DNA from: Octopus sinensis
Taxonomy: Eukaryota
Direction of reading: 5' to 3'
Assembly (NCBI RefSeq): GCF_006345805.1
Contig: NC_043011.1
Coordinates: forward strand, 57,982,464-58,046,463
DNA: 64,000 nucleotides
The stretch's first letter is position 1. The number at the start of each line of letters is the position of its first letter. The position numbers and the translations under genes were made by a program. Below, piece after piece: positions 1 through 13,477 of this stretch. The notes under the pieces are model-generated. The model did not search any database. It was not told the DNA's origin and saw only the letters and a program-made list of their open reading frames with translations.

Positions 1-3000
1 CTCAAAACCTTATAAACACAATTGGCAGGCATGGGGAATACGTGATTCGACCAGACTATTCTTTACTGAATCAAATAATCCAAAAGTAATATTCTTCGCT
101 CGAACACATTTTTCGGGCAACATCGTCGACTAAATAATGTTTTTAACTGTTTCTGGCAGGGTTAAATATACATGTGGCTGCAACCGAAAGACAGAAAAAC
201 TGGAATGGTTCTAAATCTTGTGACACATTCTCAAATGACTTGCATCTATCAGATGAAATGAATCATAAAATTACATACACTAGAGTCGCGCTCATGTCTT
301 TCCCAGACTCTCTAACAGACATTAAACAGAGTTGACACCTTTCTGCACGGAAGTTCACAGAAACGACAATTCCAGACAATATCATAGTTTAGCAATTTAA
401 GATGGCGAGGCACCTGAAAATGTCAAAGAGAAGACGGCTTTTGTAAATGACATTTCTCTATTCGTATCTTATGATACTAACTTATATAAGTTTGTTGCTT
501 ACGGAACTTTAGTGGTTGATTAGATTGTTCTTAATAATATACATATGTGTGTATTTATGTAATATATATATATATGTAAATGTGTGTGCATGTGTATGTG
601 TGTATACATGTAGACATATGTATGCATTTACGTAATATATAAAGGGAACGCAGTGTAAATAACAGAGTCAAGACTAATTGAAAATAGAAGACGCAACGAA
701 AATTTTAGGACAATAAAAATAAGAAAAAAGTGGAAATTTTACCGGTGAGTGTGTTATATTATAAGGCACGAAAAGAAACTGATTCTCTCCAGACACAATA
801 GAATATGCTTCAACACACGAACTCATATAAAGAATCTTGCAAACCAAATCCAAAAACGAAATATATATATATACATATGGACGTATGTAGACACACATAT
901 ATATAAGATACGCGTTTGCAATTTGACAATGAAATATTTAAGGTCTTCAAATTGTAACCGGATGCAGACTATGTTGTGACTCACCTTTCTATTTACAGCC
1001 AAGCAGCCTTGTCAGTTTTCCTCCCATTCTAAATGCTATAAAATATTTACTAAAAAGTGTCCAAAATGCGATTCACGCCGTTAGAACCCTTAATAACTGT
1101 ACCGTAAGTTGACCGCTATTTAAATTCTGGAGAAGAAAGGAAATGCAATTGCAAAAGTTGTGAATCTGATAGGAAGAAGTCGACAATTCATACAGATTCC
1201 TGCACGCCAAATTATGTAATTATATGATTGTGGTCGTCTTGCCGGAATTGTATTGGGCTTATGTTGTTAGTACAAAAATCTAAAGTTTAAAGATTAGAAA
1301 AGGGTGAACATGAAAGGGGAGAATGAAAAAAAATATAAGAATTATGTTTAATTTGATAGAAACAAGCGTGGTTTATATATCTGCAAGGAAACGTAACTAT
1401 ATTCTTATTTGAAGTATGTTTTCTCCAACACCAACCACGTCAGTCAAATCGGTAGATAATATTAATGAGAATAATGGAATACGTGATGCAGAGACAGGAA
1501 GCGACTAGATTCAACAAGAAAATCCAGACACAGTATATGGAAGTCAAAGGTGAGAGTATAAAAAAAAGCAGATACCTGCAGTGTATATCTCTTTAATAGA
1601 AAGCAAGGATCAAGCCAGATATAATTAAGAAGACAAATATAACATGAAAGAGAGGGTTTAGTGAAAAAGGGATTAAATGCAACAAGAGCCAACAATAGCA
1701 ACAACAACAACCACAGCAATAACAAAATGAATACTCTTTATTTGCAATAAATAAAGATGGCTACACTGAAGAAAAAGAATTACGTGAATACAAAATTCAA
1801 AATATGTTTAGCTAATGAAATGGCGAAATGTTTGAACTTTTAGATATCTGTAAATAAAAATGTCGCATTAGAAAAAAAATATAATCAAAGACGAATATGA
1901 ACTGAGAAAAAATAAAATTTGAGAAATATATAACATTTAGTTGTATTTTAAACAATAAGGTTTACGAAAATAATGAAGGCGTACAGAGAAAAGATTTTTG
2001 GCGAATGTAATCCAGAATTGTGTAACATGATAGAAACAAGTAAAACTAAATAAAAGTAAAAAAAATGATGAAGAAAATAAATAATTGAACATTTGCTAGG
2101 AAAGTTTTTTTTTTGTCAGAACATATAAATTCGGTTAATGATTGAGGTCATCCATAAAACAAAAGCGAGAATGAATAGTGTGGCTCTTCGAACTTCAATA
2201 AATATAACATTCCAGGAAGGTGAACAGACTTGACTGGCAGGAAAATACAATGGAGGCCAAAGGATGGCAAATCTTCACTGCTTTCCTATAAATATTTTCC
2301 ATGAAGTGATTTTAGAGATCAGCTTGAGTTTAAAATATAAATATTATATAATCTGTGTCTAAAATACAAAACATCTCAAAAGTCTCTCGCCAGTAGAATT
2401 TACAGAAATAAGGCTCAACATCGAAATGACAAAAAATAACTCTCAAAAAACAACAGCGATAAGCAATATAACAAAGGGTCCCTTGATATATTGTATGTCG
2501 CTAAACTTTCACAGTCGATTGGGAGATGCAAAAGACAAATTTCTATAAAACCTGGCGCTGTTATCATTCCCGCTTAACATTGAATTCTTTCACTGAAACG
2601 TAAACCGATTTTTTCTTAGCTTTTAGGAATACTGATTAAATCCTTACATTTAATAAAGATGATATTTAATATTTTTGAAAGAGATACATTTATCATTTGA
2701 TAAACACGGATGATATAATATTGTAGAATATCCCACTTTAATATCATGCTTAATTTAACATTTACACGCTTTAAAATAAGCTGCTATGAAAAATTTGTGG
2801 AGGTATAATATAAGGAAGATATTTTTCACCGAGGTTGACACACAGCAAATAAATAAATTATAAACAAAGCACGAACCAAAAGAATATGCTGAAAACATTG
2901 AACTCGTAAATGGAAATAAGGAAATAAATCATTCTAAAGTGATAGAAGAATTGGAAAATGATAACTCAAAATGGTGATATGGAGCCTTTTAAAAACGCCA

Positions 3001-3550
3001 AGTATCAAATTACACAGGGGTCATTCACACGTTGACTGCCCTTGCAATAACGATATAACTATTCAAAATTCAGTGTTGGGTGAATTAACGAAACTGACTG
3101 AAAAGACTAATAAGATGTATCCTGAAATACAAAGCGAACGACGCTCAGCTTTTATCAAGTGGAATGTAGGAGCCATTTTGGTCTAAACGCTCACATTTCT
3201 AATAAATTGCGAGAAAGAAAATACTCTCTTTATATAACCCATTAAAGTTACATAGAATTTCAATCAACCTCACATGCTTACATATATATATGAAATATAA
3301 ATACTCTCAGAAGGAGTGAGTTGATGGATAAGCAGGTAAGAGATAAATTGCAAGGAAAATTGAGAAAAGCGGAAGAAATATTTCCACAGTTATCTCAACC
3401 GTTCTGTTAATTAGTATAAAAGAAAAATATGGCCTAATAAGCACCAAATGGAATGTCACATTCTTGTGCCCCAACGTACACATTTTTAGCTTAATAACCA
3501 TACTTGAAACTAATAACGTGACCAATACTTGCCATATCAAGATAAACTCT

Positions 3551-3552
3551 CC

Positions 3553-3608
<56 letters not shown>

Positions 3609-3639
3609 TTCTCTATCTATCTATCTATCTATCTATCTA

Positions 3640-3722
<83 letters not shown>
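3551..3722. repeat. (ATCT)n microsatellite
   Basis: Direct reading. Confidence 0.98.
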
Positions 3723-3724
<2 letters not shown>

Positions 3725-4099
3725 CTTTCTCTCTCATACATAAAAAAGAAAATTGCTTAGCCATATCTAATCTGTATAGACACCAAATGTCTTTGCTATG
3801 ATTTTCCCACTGAGGAACAGTGATATATGCGTGAGAATTTAAATTGTTCAATAAAGCAAACATAAGCAAATACTTTTACGCTCTTATGATATTCAATAAC
3901 GGAGTGGTGTCCATAGATATTTAATCGCAGAATTTTGATTGGATGATTTTGCTTCTTCTTCGTAAATCCGTTTCTTTGGAAAACAAAATAATCTCAGCTT
4001 AGAACAATCAGTGTTTTGGTTTGTCACAGAGGCAGAAACATGATGCTTTGCATGCAACCGAAGTGAATGTCACTCAGGAAAATGAAAATACAAAGGTTT

Positions 4100-4930
4100 T
4101 GCTGGAAATAATGAAAATTTCTATTAACTGATTCAGTTGTTCAAACTATACACGTTGGTAGCAGAACTCGTCTTCTATGCAAAGCTACTGCTCGACAAAC
4201 TCTCCATCACAAGCTATACATTTTACACCATCACTGAACCCAGCTACCGAATTCTCTTTGAAAAATTTCAGATGTGCACAGTTGTAGCAGCTTCTTGTCA
4301 CCTAATTACTCCTGGTATCTATTATGCATCTTGTAATCAATGACTGCACTACATTGGACCGAAGACGGAGGGCAACATATTGTCTGAATTGTCGCCAAAG
4401 ATAGGTGTGTGCTGTCGCAGATTGTCGTGATGAATGTGGATCATTTACATCCTGTCCTTTATATTCTTCCTAATGTATCCCCCAAGACATTAGGAAGAAG
4501 AAAGCAGCTCTTTTTTTATTGCCACCCGCTGTTCTCGAACAGATACTTTCTAGAAAGACCGAGAAGTATTTCTTCTTTGTATTTTCAAAGACAGTCGTCC
4601 TGCGACGACCTCTGACACGAATTTCTTATGCTTTGGTGACAAAGATATGATGTTATTCCGTGGAGCGAGCCTTAGTTTCCAAAACTTAAGAAACTTTCTT
4701 ATTGTAAAAAAAGCAGTCATCATTGGTTCCAAATACATCATCAGAATTCCAGCTTTCTCTACTTCCAGTGCCAACTGTCGAAATAGATTTTTTCACATAC
4801 ATTCGATGCGCAAAATTTCCATCATGTTGTATATGGTATCGTGACGACGGTCCAGTTGGGTAGCAAGCCCATAGGTTATGACTTCTATTTACGTGCAAAG
4901 TAGTTGATGCATTGACTGGCAGTTCATGTT
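4100..4930 (-). pseudogene. Possible Kolobok-type DDE transposase fossil
   Basis: Fragmentary motifs in the expected order: GTNDDCFF (GDGDS-like), CL*KYKEEI (ECVGHVQKR-like), RYQE*LGDKKLLQLCTSEIFQ (L.D..LL.RC..G.TQN-like). Heavily degraded. Confidence 0.35.
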
Positions 4931-5021
4931 AGCGATCACAGTTCACAGTCATTCACTGTTTGATTTTGCTTCAATAGAAGTTTTCCTTTCTATTAACTCT
5001 CTCACCTATCAGCACACAATG

Positions 5022-5329
5022 TGGAGGCACATGGCCTAGTGGTTAGAGCAGCGGACTCGCGGTCGAAGGATCGCGGGTTCGAATCTCAGACCGGGCGATG
5101 TGTGTGTTTATGAGCGACAACATCTAAGCTCCACGCGGCTCCGGCAGAAGGTAATGGCGAACTTCTGCTGACTCTTTCGTCACAAATTTCTCTCACTCTT
5201 TCCTCCTGCATCTTGCAGCTCACCTGCGACGGACCGGCGTCCCGTCCAGGTGTGGAACCTATGCGCCAAGGAAACCGGGAAACCGGCCGTTATGAGCCAG
5301 GCATGGCTCGAGAAGGAACAAACAACAAA
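5022..5329 (+). mobile_element. Full-length tRNA-derived SINE (head type 3, V-like core) with 16-bp TSD
   Basis: A box tggcctagtgg, B box ggttcgaatc, core cctgcgacggaccggcgtcccgtccagg and (AAC)-like tail. The direct repeat ctatcagcacacaatg occurs at 5006-5021 and 5330-5345. Confidence 0.92.
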
Positions 5330-6469
5330 CTATCAGCACACAATGCTCGTGTGAATGGTTCCATCTCCGTTAAGGACCAATAGTCTTCTGTGAATATCGA
5401 ACACCATGTATCCCTCTATTATAAAAATTTCAATGACTGCACGTTGCTTATCCACAGAATCCATTATTTTTCTGAAATTATGTTTGTTAATAAACAAACT
5501 AATTATGCCCACGTTCTCATTAATTTCGATATAACCGTCAAATATTGGAAATTGAAGCAGAAAAATTTAATTAATCTAAAGCAAAATGAAGGTAACCAAC
5601 TGTTATATGCAGAAGAAAATAAAACTAAAAAAAAAAAACCCAAAACTAGAGGCAATTGTTGGTGAGTGTGAAAGAAAGCAGGCAGATAGGTTTTAGAAAT
5701 TGAATAGCAATTTCACAGAAACTTAAGCATTTTCATGCTTCAATTAAAATGAATCAGATTTTTAGAGTAAAATTTTAGAGGGACAGTTACGAACATAGTT
5801 CTACCTTGTATGACAGAGTCAGCGGATACTAATCACTTCTAGCTTCTTAGGTCAGAAAAAGACGTATATTTGAGTTACAGATGAATAACAAACAATTTTA
5901 GTTCAGTTATAATTTCGATAATAAGAAAAAAACACTGTAAGTCAGGCAAATACTGCATATGAAAGAGTAACAATTATTTCGATAAGTCGGGTATATAGTG
6001 CTCCAATAAATTAGGGACGCAAGCATTTCTCAATGCATTTAAATTTGTCTGCTAGTTGGAGAACGAAAACAAATACCTAGTGGCAATAGTAAACCATTTT
6101 GAAATGAAAGATTTCCAGAAATTATGACTTTTTCGTTTTATAAAACTAATAATTTTCCCATTTAATGTGAAGACTCATTCTTCATAGAGTCATGATAACG
6201 GCCACAAGTTAGTTTTCACTCTGCTACACTTCATCTGCAGGCTACAGCAAATCTCGTCCCTCGTACATCAATGAATATAGATTTTTAGAAATGGAAAAAT
6301 AAAAAATGATTCTGTATTACTGAACAAAAATGGTTGTAACTGCTGTTAGATTTCTCCGGATGAAACAGGCAGAAGATGAATATATTCCTCTCATAAGGTT
6401 CCATAACCCCAAAACGTAAGATTAACTGCCACCATCCTTTTCTCACAGAAACCTCACAAAAATCTCACA

Positions 6470-7110
6470 AATATCAAATTTTCTTTCCTGAGTAAATAAA
6501 GCATTGTCCTCGAAATTCCTTCTTGTTTATCGAACACTTCATTGATCTTTGAATACTTCCTTGATCAGCATGGCCTTGGTGATGAAGGCAGATCGGTCGC
6601 TGTCTTTCTAAACTGTGCCCCACACATAGTAATCTATAGGATTACAATCAGTGAATTAGGGTAAGGAGATCAGAAATTGGAACTGCTGAAGTCTTAGAAA
6701 TTCTCCGACAAACACTTCACACGTTTTCATTGAGGTATTCCAAAGAACCGAATCCTTCTGCCATACATATGACACTCTAGCAGCAACACTCTCCAGTGAA
6801 GGACTGACTGTAGTTTCTTGTAGATTCACATAGCCGTGTGAGATGGGCCTGGAGCTGTGTTCAAAGATTATGGAGCGAATTGCCACATGCATACGCAGTC
6901 ACAATGTCTGCTGTGACCCTTCCTGCTGGCCACTGTTTCGTCGTCTCCGTTGCAGCTGTCCATGTTACTTGTTACAACGTTTGCAGTGCTCACAGAGCAT
7001 CGGACAGAAACTATGACGTCAGCATTTTGGCAGCCGAGGCCAATCGTCATGATACAGGTAACTCTTTTCCAATTTTCAGATAACTTCAAGTTCTCCACCT
7101 CAACTGACAT
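6470..7110 (-). pseudogene. Internally deleted Tc1/mariner maT (DD37D-like) transposase fossil
   Basis: N-terminus LSENWKRVTCIMTIGLGCQNADV..SCNGDDETVASRKGHSR and catalytic C-terminal part GYVNLQETTVSPSLESVAARVSYVWQKDS..LSENF*DF..NS(P)DCNPIDYYVWGTV*KDSDRSA. The region holding the first Asp is missing, and there are stops and indels. Confidence 0.8.
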
Positions 7111-7206
7111 TTTCTCAACTACAACTTCAATTGTTATGCCTTCTAACGCCGTTCACTGCTCACAAATACATCCAAATATTCCTCAAGAAAAGAAATATAT
7201 TCGTTT

Positions 7207-7420
7207 CTTTATTGCCCACGTGGGCTAAACATAGATGGGACAAACAAGGTCAAACAGTGGGAATAAGTCGATTACATCGACCCCAGTGTGTAATGATACT
7301 TATTTAATCGACCACAAAGGGATGAAAGGCAAAGTCAACCTCGTCGGAATTTGAACTCAAAACGTAACGGCAGACGAAATATCGTTAAGTATTTCGCCCG
7401 GCCTGCTAACGATTTGGCCC
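7207..7420 (-). mobile_element. Head type 1 SINE
   Basis: gatgaaaggcaaagtcaacctcgtcggaatttgaactc signature. Confidence 0.85.
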
Positions 7421-7544
7421 CTCAATCTGTATATGTGTGTGTTTGTGTATGTCCTATATTAGATATCTTGCCACATTCCATTTTGCTTTCTTGAGTCTAT
7501 CTTTACCGCGAGATGCGGCCGGTACCTATATTTAAATGTATTTG

Positions 7545-7890
7545 CAAATACCATTAATTGGGCCGCGGCCGTGTTGGGGCACATCCTTGAAAAAGTTCGG
7601 TCAAACGAATTGACACCAGGATTTATTTCTTTAGGCCTGGTAATTATGATATAGGTCTTGTTTGAGAAATGCCAAGTTACGGGGACGAGGATACACCAAC
7701 ACCGGTTGTCAACCGGTGGTGGGGGACAAACACAGACACAAAGACATACCCACGCGTGCGCAGGGCAGGTTTCTTTCAGCTTCCGTGTACCAAATCCCCT
7801 CACAAAGCTTTGGTCCTCCCGAAGCTATAATAAGCACTTGATGAAGGCGCCATACAGTGGGACCGAACTCGAAACCACGTGGGCAGGTTT
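7545..7890 (-). mobile_element. Head type 2 SINE
   Basis: tttctttcagcttccgtgtaccaaatcccctcacaaagctttggtc signature on the reverse strand. Confidence 0.85.
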
Positions 7891-8324
7891 GTAAGGATGG
7901 CTTTTGATTTTCTACTTCGTGACATTTGGTGAACGAATCGATGTAAAATTAGTGAGTCGAAATATATCTGGAGTAACAGAAAACACCTCGTTAAATATTA
8001 AACCTCGTACGAAGTTTCATTCATAATTGCAAAAAAAAAAAATAATTTTAATGAAGGGATGAAGAGCGAGAGGTTATACAAATGAAAGAATTATGTGATT
8101 TAAAGAACTGAAACACACCTAACACTAATTTTTCTTGACAGCAAAACTCTCTAAGATTCTTATATTGATGTTCTGCTTCACAACGCTTCGGTGGCAATTT
8201 CGTATCGTGTTATCAATAATCATTAAAAATCTCCTTTTGTCATACACCTCACTACATAGGTATATATTCAAATTTGGATTAAATTCAAGAGCATTTATTT
8301 GTAAGACATTGTTTCTGCACTCCA

Positions 8325-8391
<67 letters not shown>

Positions 8392-8414
8392 TATATAATA
8401 TATATATATATATA

Positions 8415-8500
8415 TTCCTTCTTTCCTGAACGTCCAATAATACTATATTTGTTCCACGTCCTCGCGTTGTATTTTTTGTGCTTTCTTGTTTGGATTAACT
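8415..8500 (+). mobile_element. Tail fragment of the PLE terminal repeat between (TA)n tracts
   Basis: ttcctgaacgtccaataatactatatttgttccacgtcctcgcgttg...gtttggattaact matches 57875-57960. Confidence 0.7.
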
Positions 8501-11282
8501 TTATATATATATAATATATATCATTAAGAGTTTATAAACAGTTTTAGACCCATGTTAAGGCGATTCGTCTCTCTCTTGTTTCGTCTAGCTCTGCAGTAAC
8601 AAGTCTTACGCTAATTCACATGATTGCATTTAAAGCACGCAAGGAAAGAAGATTCATAAAATCAGTTTGTACCTAAGATGCTTTACAAATTTCATATAAT
8701 ACTTCCTTAACAGTGTCCATTGGCCTGAAATGACAAAGGCAATTGTGATGCTTCGAATAGATTCACTTCATACAAAATCTATTTGACTTTTATCAACGTT
8801 TCAACAGGCAAATACTTTTCAATAAATCAAATGGCTATTTTCGTCAATGAAAACAGAAACAAGAACGTTTCTGTGACATGATTGTTATACTCTTTGACTA
8901 AAATGAACCACTAATGAAATACAATCACGGTATTTCTCGCATGATTCTTTCTCCAGCCTGACAAATGCTGAAAGCTTTTAACATGATTCCCATTTATCTA
9001 CAGACCAGCAAATTGAATGTAGAACAAATTGATACTGAAAGGCATATTATTGACTATAACTGCTTTTGATTCCAGCGCTGACCAACGTATATTGTCTCAA
9101 GGAAGATATGCAAGCTCTATGTATTTTAAGCTTTAAAAGAAAATCAGTTTTACTCTAAGTGTAGACTGACCTATTACAATAAGTTACTGAATTAAAGGAT
9201 ACCGTTATATATATTATGATTTATGCGTGGGAGTTTATTTCCCAGTTTTGACAAAATATAATTTCATCTTATATTTATGTATGCGTCATACTGAGATAAC
9301 CGGGAGAAAGCTATGTTTGTTTGTAATCATATCAATCTGAAAAGAATTCAATTAAATTGCTAGAAACATCACCCATAGCATTCGAACATTCTCCTAACGG
9401 CAATCCAAATAGCTCTGATATCCAAACACATTATTCATATAATTGTCACCGTATCTTCATGCATCAGATCCTCTCTCTGCTTGATCATGGCAACGAGATA
9501 CAAACGTGTGTATATATTTCGTGGGGTTTCGAGAGATTAAAAACTGATGGAATTTCTATCAAGTTCCTTGTTGTATGCACTTGGTAGAAAATGAGTTTCA
9601 GAAACATTATATCTGGTGAATAAAAACCATTGTCGTACATAGACACATTTAATATATTTTGTATACTTCATGCTCGTATTACCCAGTCGCCAGAGTTCAT
9701 TCATCACCGCTTCTAAATTTGCTGTGTAGATAAATACAGCAACGTATAACTCCCAGAAATAGTCACAAGTATTCAGCCGTCAGCATAATACTTGCAAGAT
9801 AATCTCTAGCAATCTAAATACGCGTCCATTGACCAGCCGAAAGGAAACTGATAAATATTTGCTGGTCCTGATAGTTTAGGCAGGTAAATGACCGTCAGAT
9901 CGATATAAGATTAAGAAACGGAGATAACATTCGATAAACTGCTAGATCAAGTTAAAGTTACATTTTTCTCTTGTTTCAGATTTATTTAGTATACGAGAAT
10001 AATTATCGAGGGATATATTAAAGATGTATGTGCATTAAAGTTAATCAAAGACTAATAGACCAATCCAGAGCTATTAAATCTTAGTTTCATATCATTATGA
10101 CAATCTCCGGAACTTTTGGCAATTCCGATCAGTTTAATAGTCAGATTTATATTAAGTTTATGCCACATACACTGCAGAGTAAATATGTGTCTCTCTTAAA
10201 GCTGAAAGCCAGGTCACTTTCACATACCTCACGTAACGAATGTCTATGAACTTACATTTCCCAAGAGATATATCTGCATCTGCACGATAATAGAATAGGT
10301 GAAGAACACAACACTAATTATGATAATGAACTGCTTTTAATTGAAAATTTGATTTAATTTTGTTTTACATTTGTTACGCCATAGCACATAAGAAAATAAA
10401 CTTTGAATAATTTGAGTTATATGTCTGAGATAAGCGATTCCGATCGTTCTGTGAGGAGTCGATAGTAGGGTGAAGATGGATTGGAAGACAGAAAAACATT
10501 GCTATTCACGGCTTCCGTCATCCGGGTCGAGTTTTGTCATGGGGTCTGAGGTAATTAGTGTGCTTTTTAACCTTCGGCATAAACAAGGGACGTTTCACAG
10601 AATGTTACATCGCAACGAAAAATGACGAATAACGAAAGCACACACACACACACCCACTATGTATATGACATCTAAAATGTTAACATTCTTTCATACACAC
10701 ATACATACATACAAATATACTTACATAAATAAATACATACACGCATATATAGGAATAGGGAGAAAATATATTTTTTCATTCATTCATCCATCATTCATAT
10801 ATATATATATATATATATATGAATTAAGAAATAGAGTTAAACGCAGGTGTTATTCAAATCTTTATACTTCCGACATATGTTTCGAAGAAAACATTGGTAT
10901 TATTCTTGAGGGAATAAAATGACATTCAGTTAAAATGGCTTATTGATATGTTTTGTTTCTCTTTTTTCCCTGACGAGAAGATTGCATTGTTTCCCATCAT
11001 TTTATTCCCTCAGGAGCAATACCAATATTTTCTTCGAAACATATGTGGGAAGTATAAAGATTTGAATAACATTTGAGTTTAACTCCATTCCTTAATTTAT
11101 CTATGTAATATAAAAAACATTTCACTCACACCCTGGAAGTTCTACCTTTACAAGTAGGCTGTAACATCATAGGCACTTATATGAATGACTGCTACCCTGG
11201 TAACTATGTATTTATTTTTTCCGTGTTATTTGTACACATCGAAAAATACATTCATACATGCATACATACATACATACATACA

Positions 11283-11318
<36 letters not shown>

Positions 11319-11319
11319 T

Positions 11320-11430
11320 GGGTTCAGTCCCACTGCGTGGCATCTTGGGCAAGTGTCTTCTGCTATAGCCCCGGGCCGACCAATGCCTTGTGAGTGGATC
11401 TGGTAGAGGGAAACTGAAAGAAGCCTGTCG

Positions 11431-11475
<45 letters not shown>

Positions 11476-11682
11476 CTGTGTTTGTCCCCCTAGCATTGCT
11501 TGACAACCGATGCTGGTGTGTTTACGTCCCCGTCACTTAGCGATTCGGCAAAAGAGACCTATAGAATAAGTACTGGGCTTACAAAGAATAAGTCCCGGGG
11601 TCGAGTTGCTCGACTAAAGGCGGTGCCCCAGCATGGTCGCAGTCAAATGACTGAAACAAGTAAAAGAGAGAAAAGAGTAAAG
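11320..11682 (+). mobile_element. Head type 2 SINE with internal (TA)n(TG)n microsatellite
   Basis: ggttcagtcccactgcgtggcatcttgggcaagtg..gaaactgaaagaagcc..(TA)n(TG)n..gcggtgccccagcatgg..gactgaaacaagtaaaagag. Confidence 0.9.
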
Positions 11683-11689
11683 AGTATAT

Positions 11690-11732
<43 letters not shown>

Positions 11733-11865
11733 TACATAAATGATATTTTTATAAACAAACCCTTCCGGGTTTGCTCGTCATTTTTCGGTCATATGGGTAT
11801 GTTTAAAAATTGTCGCTTCAAATCGGAGAATAAATATCATTATGATATATATTATATACAGTTAT

Positions 11866-11917
<52 letters not shown>

Positions 11918-12398
11918 TTCCGCCTCTCATACATATTGCGATATATCGATTTTAGACGTTGTTCTAATCGTTTTCTTGAAATAAAATTTTGTTTTCCGTG
12001 TAGCGAAGTATGATTGTAGTGTCGTATCTGAATTTGATGAGAAATATTTGAGAATGGATCTGGAATGGATTTGTACATTTTAAATTTTAAACGATAGAAA
12101 CAACGGAGAGAAAAATCTTCTCTGATGTAATTGCAACTCTGCAGTATCAAAACTTAATGCCTGAGGGGCCATTGATACGATTTATGATCGTCTAAGATGT
12201 GGCAAAAGAAACGAAAATGAAATATTTTAGTCTTAAATTGACTTCTAAGATCATAAGATTACCTCGAGGGAGGAAAACATAGAAATATTAATCTTTTTCG
12301 AAACAAATATAACTGCTGAGGCAATGAGAAGAAAAAGAGAGAATTGGATTAAGTCTATTCTATCTTTATATCTACTAACCAGATTACTATTGATATAG

Positions 12399-12461
<63 letters not shown>

Positions 12462-12467
<6 letters not shown>

Positions 12468-13446
12468 AATCCAAACGGGAAACAAAAAAACAACAACAAT
12501 GGAACATTACAGTATTAATTAATAGGCGCTCAGGAAAAGGAAGCAGGGAGGTATGACGTTTCGAGCGGAGCTCTTCGTCGGAAACATAAAGAAGGAAGAG
12601 GAGGAAAGAAAGATCCCAGAGCGGGCAACAGGGAAAGAGAAAAAAGACGACTGGTGTTTACGAGTTGCACATGGTGAAAGGCGGATGTTTACGAAAACAG
12701 AGCAAAGTGGGTTTTTAAAGGCAAAAGAGTGGAGACAAGGTTGGTAACGCAACAGATGTGTGTGTATGTGTGAGTGTGTGCGTGTGCGTGTGTGTATGTG
12801 TGGTGTGAGGCGAGATGAAAAAACAAAAAAATATATATGTGTGTGTTAGTGTGTGCGTCTGTGTGTAGGCGTGTGAGGTAGGGCGAGATAGTGGTCAGCT
12901 TAGCAGACAAAGGTCAGTAGTAAGAAAAAGAAGGAAGGAGGAAGGGGAGGAGGGGAAGGGGTGGGGGGTATGTAGCGTGCCAGCGTGTGTTGTGTTGAGT
13001 AGTAGTGTGTGTGTGTGTCCAGTGTCGTGGTGGTATAAATGGCGAGTAGATTGAATGTGTGTAAGAGTAATGTATATATTTAAGCAATGTGTGTATATGT
13101 GTGCGCGTGTGTGTAACGAAAAAGGGGGGGGGTTAAGGAAAAAGGACTCCAGCTGAGGGGAAGATGGAAGAGTGGTCCCGCGGAGGCGGGCGTGGGAAAA
13201 CCCAACGACACGCGACGGTCCCAGGAACGGGCGGGAGGTCTTGTCGGTTCCAAGAGCGAGGTGCCTGCGGAGCGTATGCGTACGCGAACCGGCGCAAGCG
13301 CGTGCGTGCGCGAGCCTGCGAGTATGTGCGTAAGTATGTATGTGTGTGGATGTGTGAGTGTGTCTGTGTGTATGTCCGGGTGGCAGTGTGTCCGATGAAT
13401 GTATGTGAGTATGTGTGTATGTATGTGTGTGCATAGATGTATGTCC

Positions 13447-13477
<31 letters not shown>

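Noticed and set aside
1450-3200. A-rich, coding-like strand bias, possibly a very old LINE (INTDDIIL near 2705)
   Set aside because: Motifs are too fragmentary and the spacing is inconsistent, so I cannot support a call without a profile search.
5022-5095. tRNA gene calls for SINE heads (also 30375-30449 and 36880-36940)
   Set aside because: The A/B boxes run into SINE core and tail sequence (with a TSD at 5022), and there is no full cloverleaf or terminator.
13240-13278. Twister-like string GUCGGUUCCAAG...GCGGAG
   Set aside because: P4 pairs poorly, the pseudoknot partner is GCG rather than GGG, and there is no upstream UAA cleavage loop.
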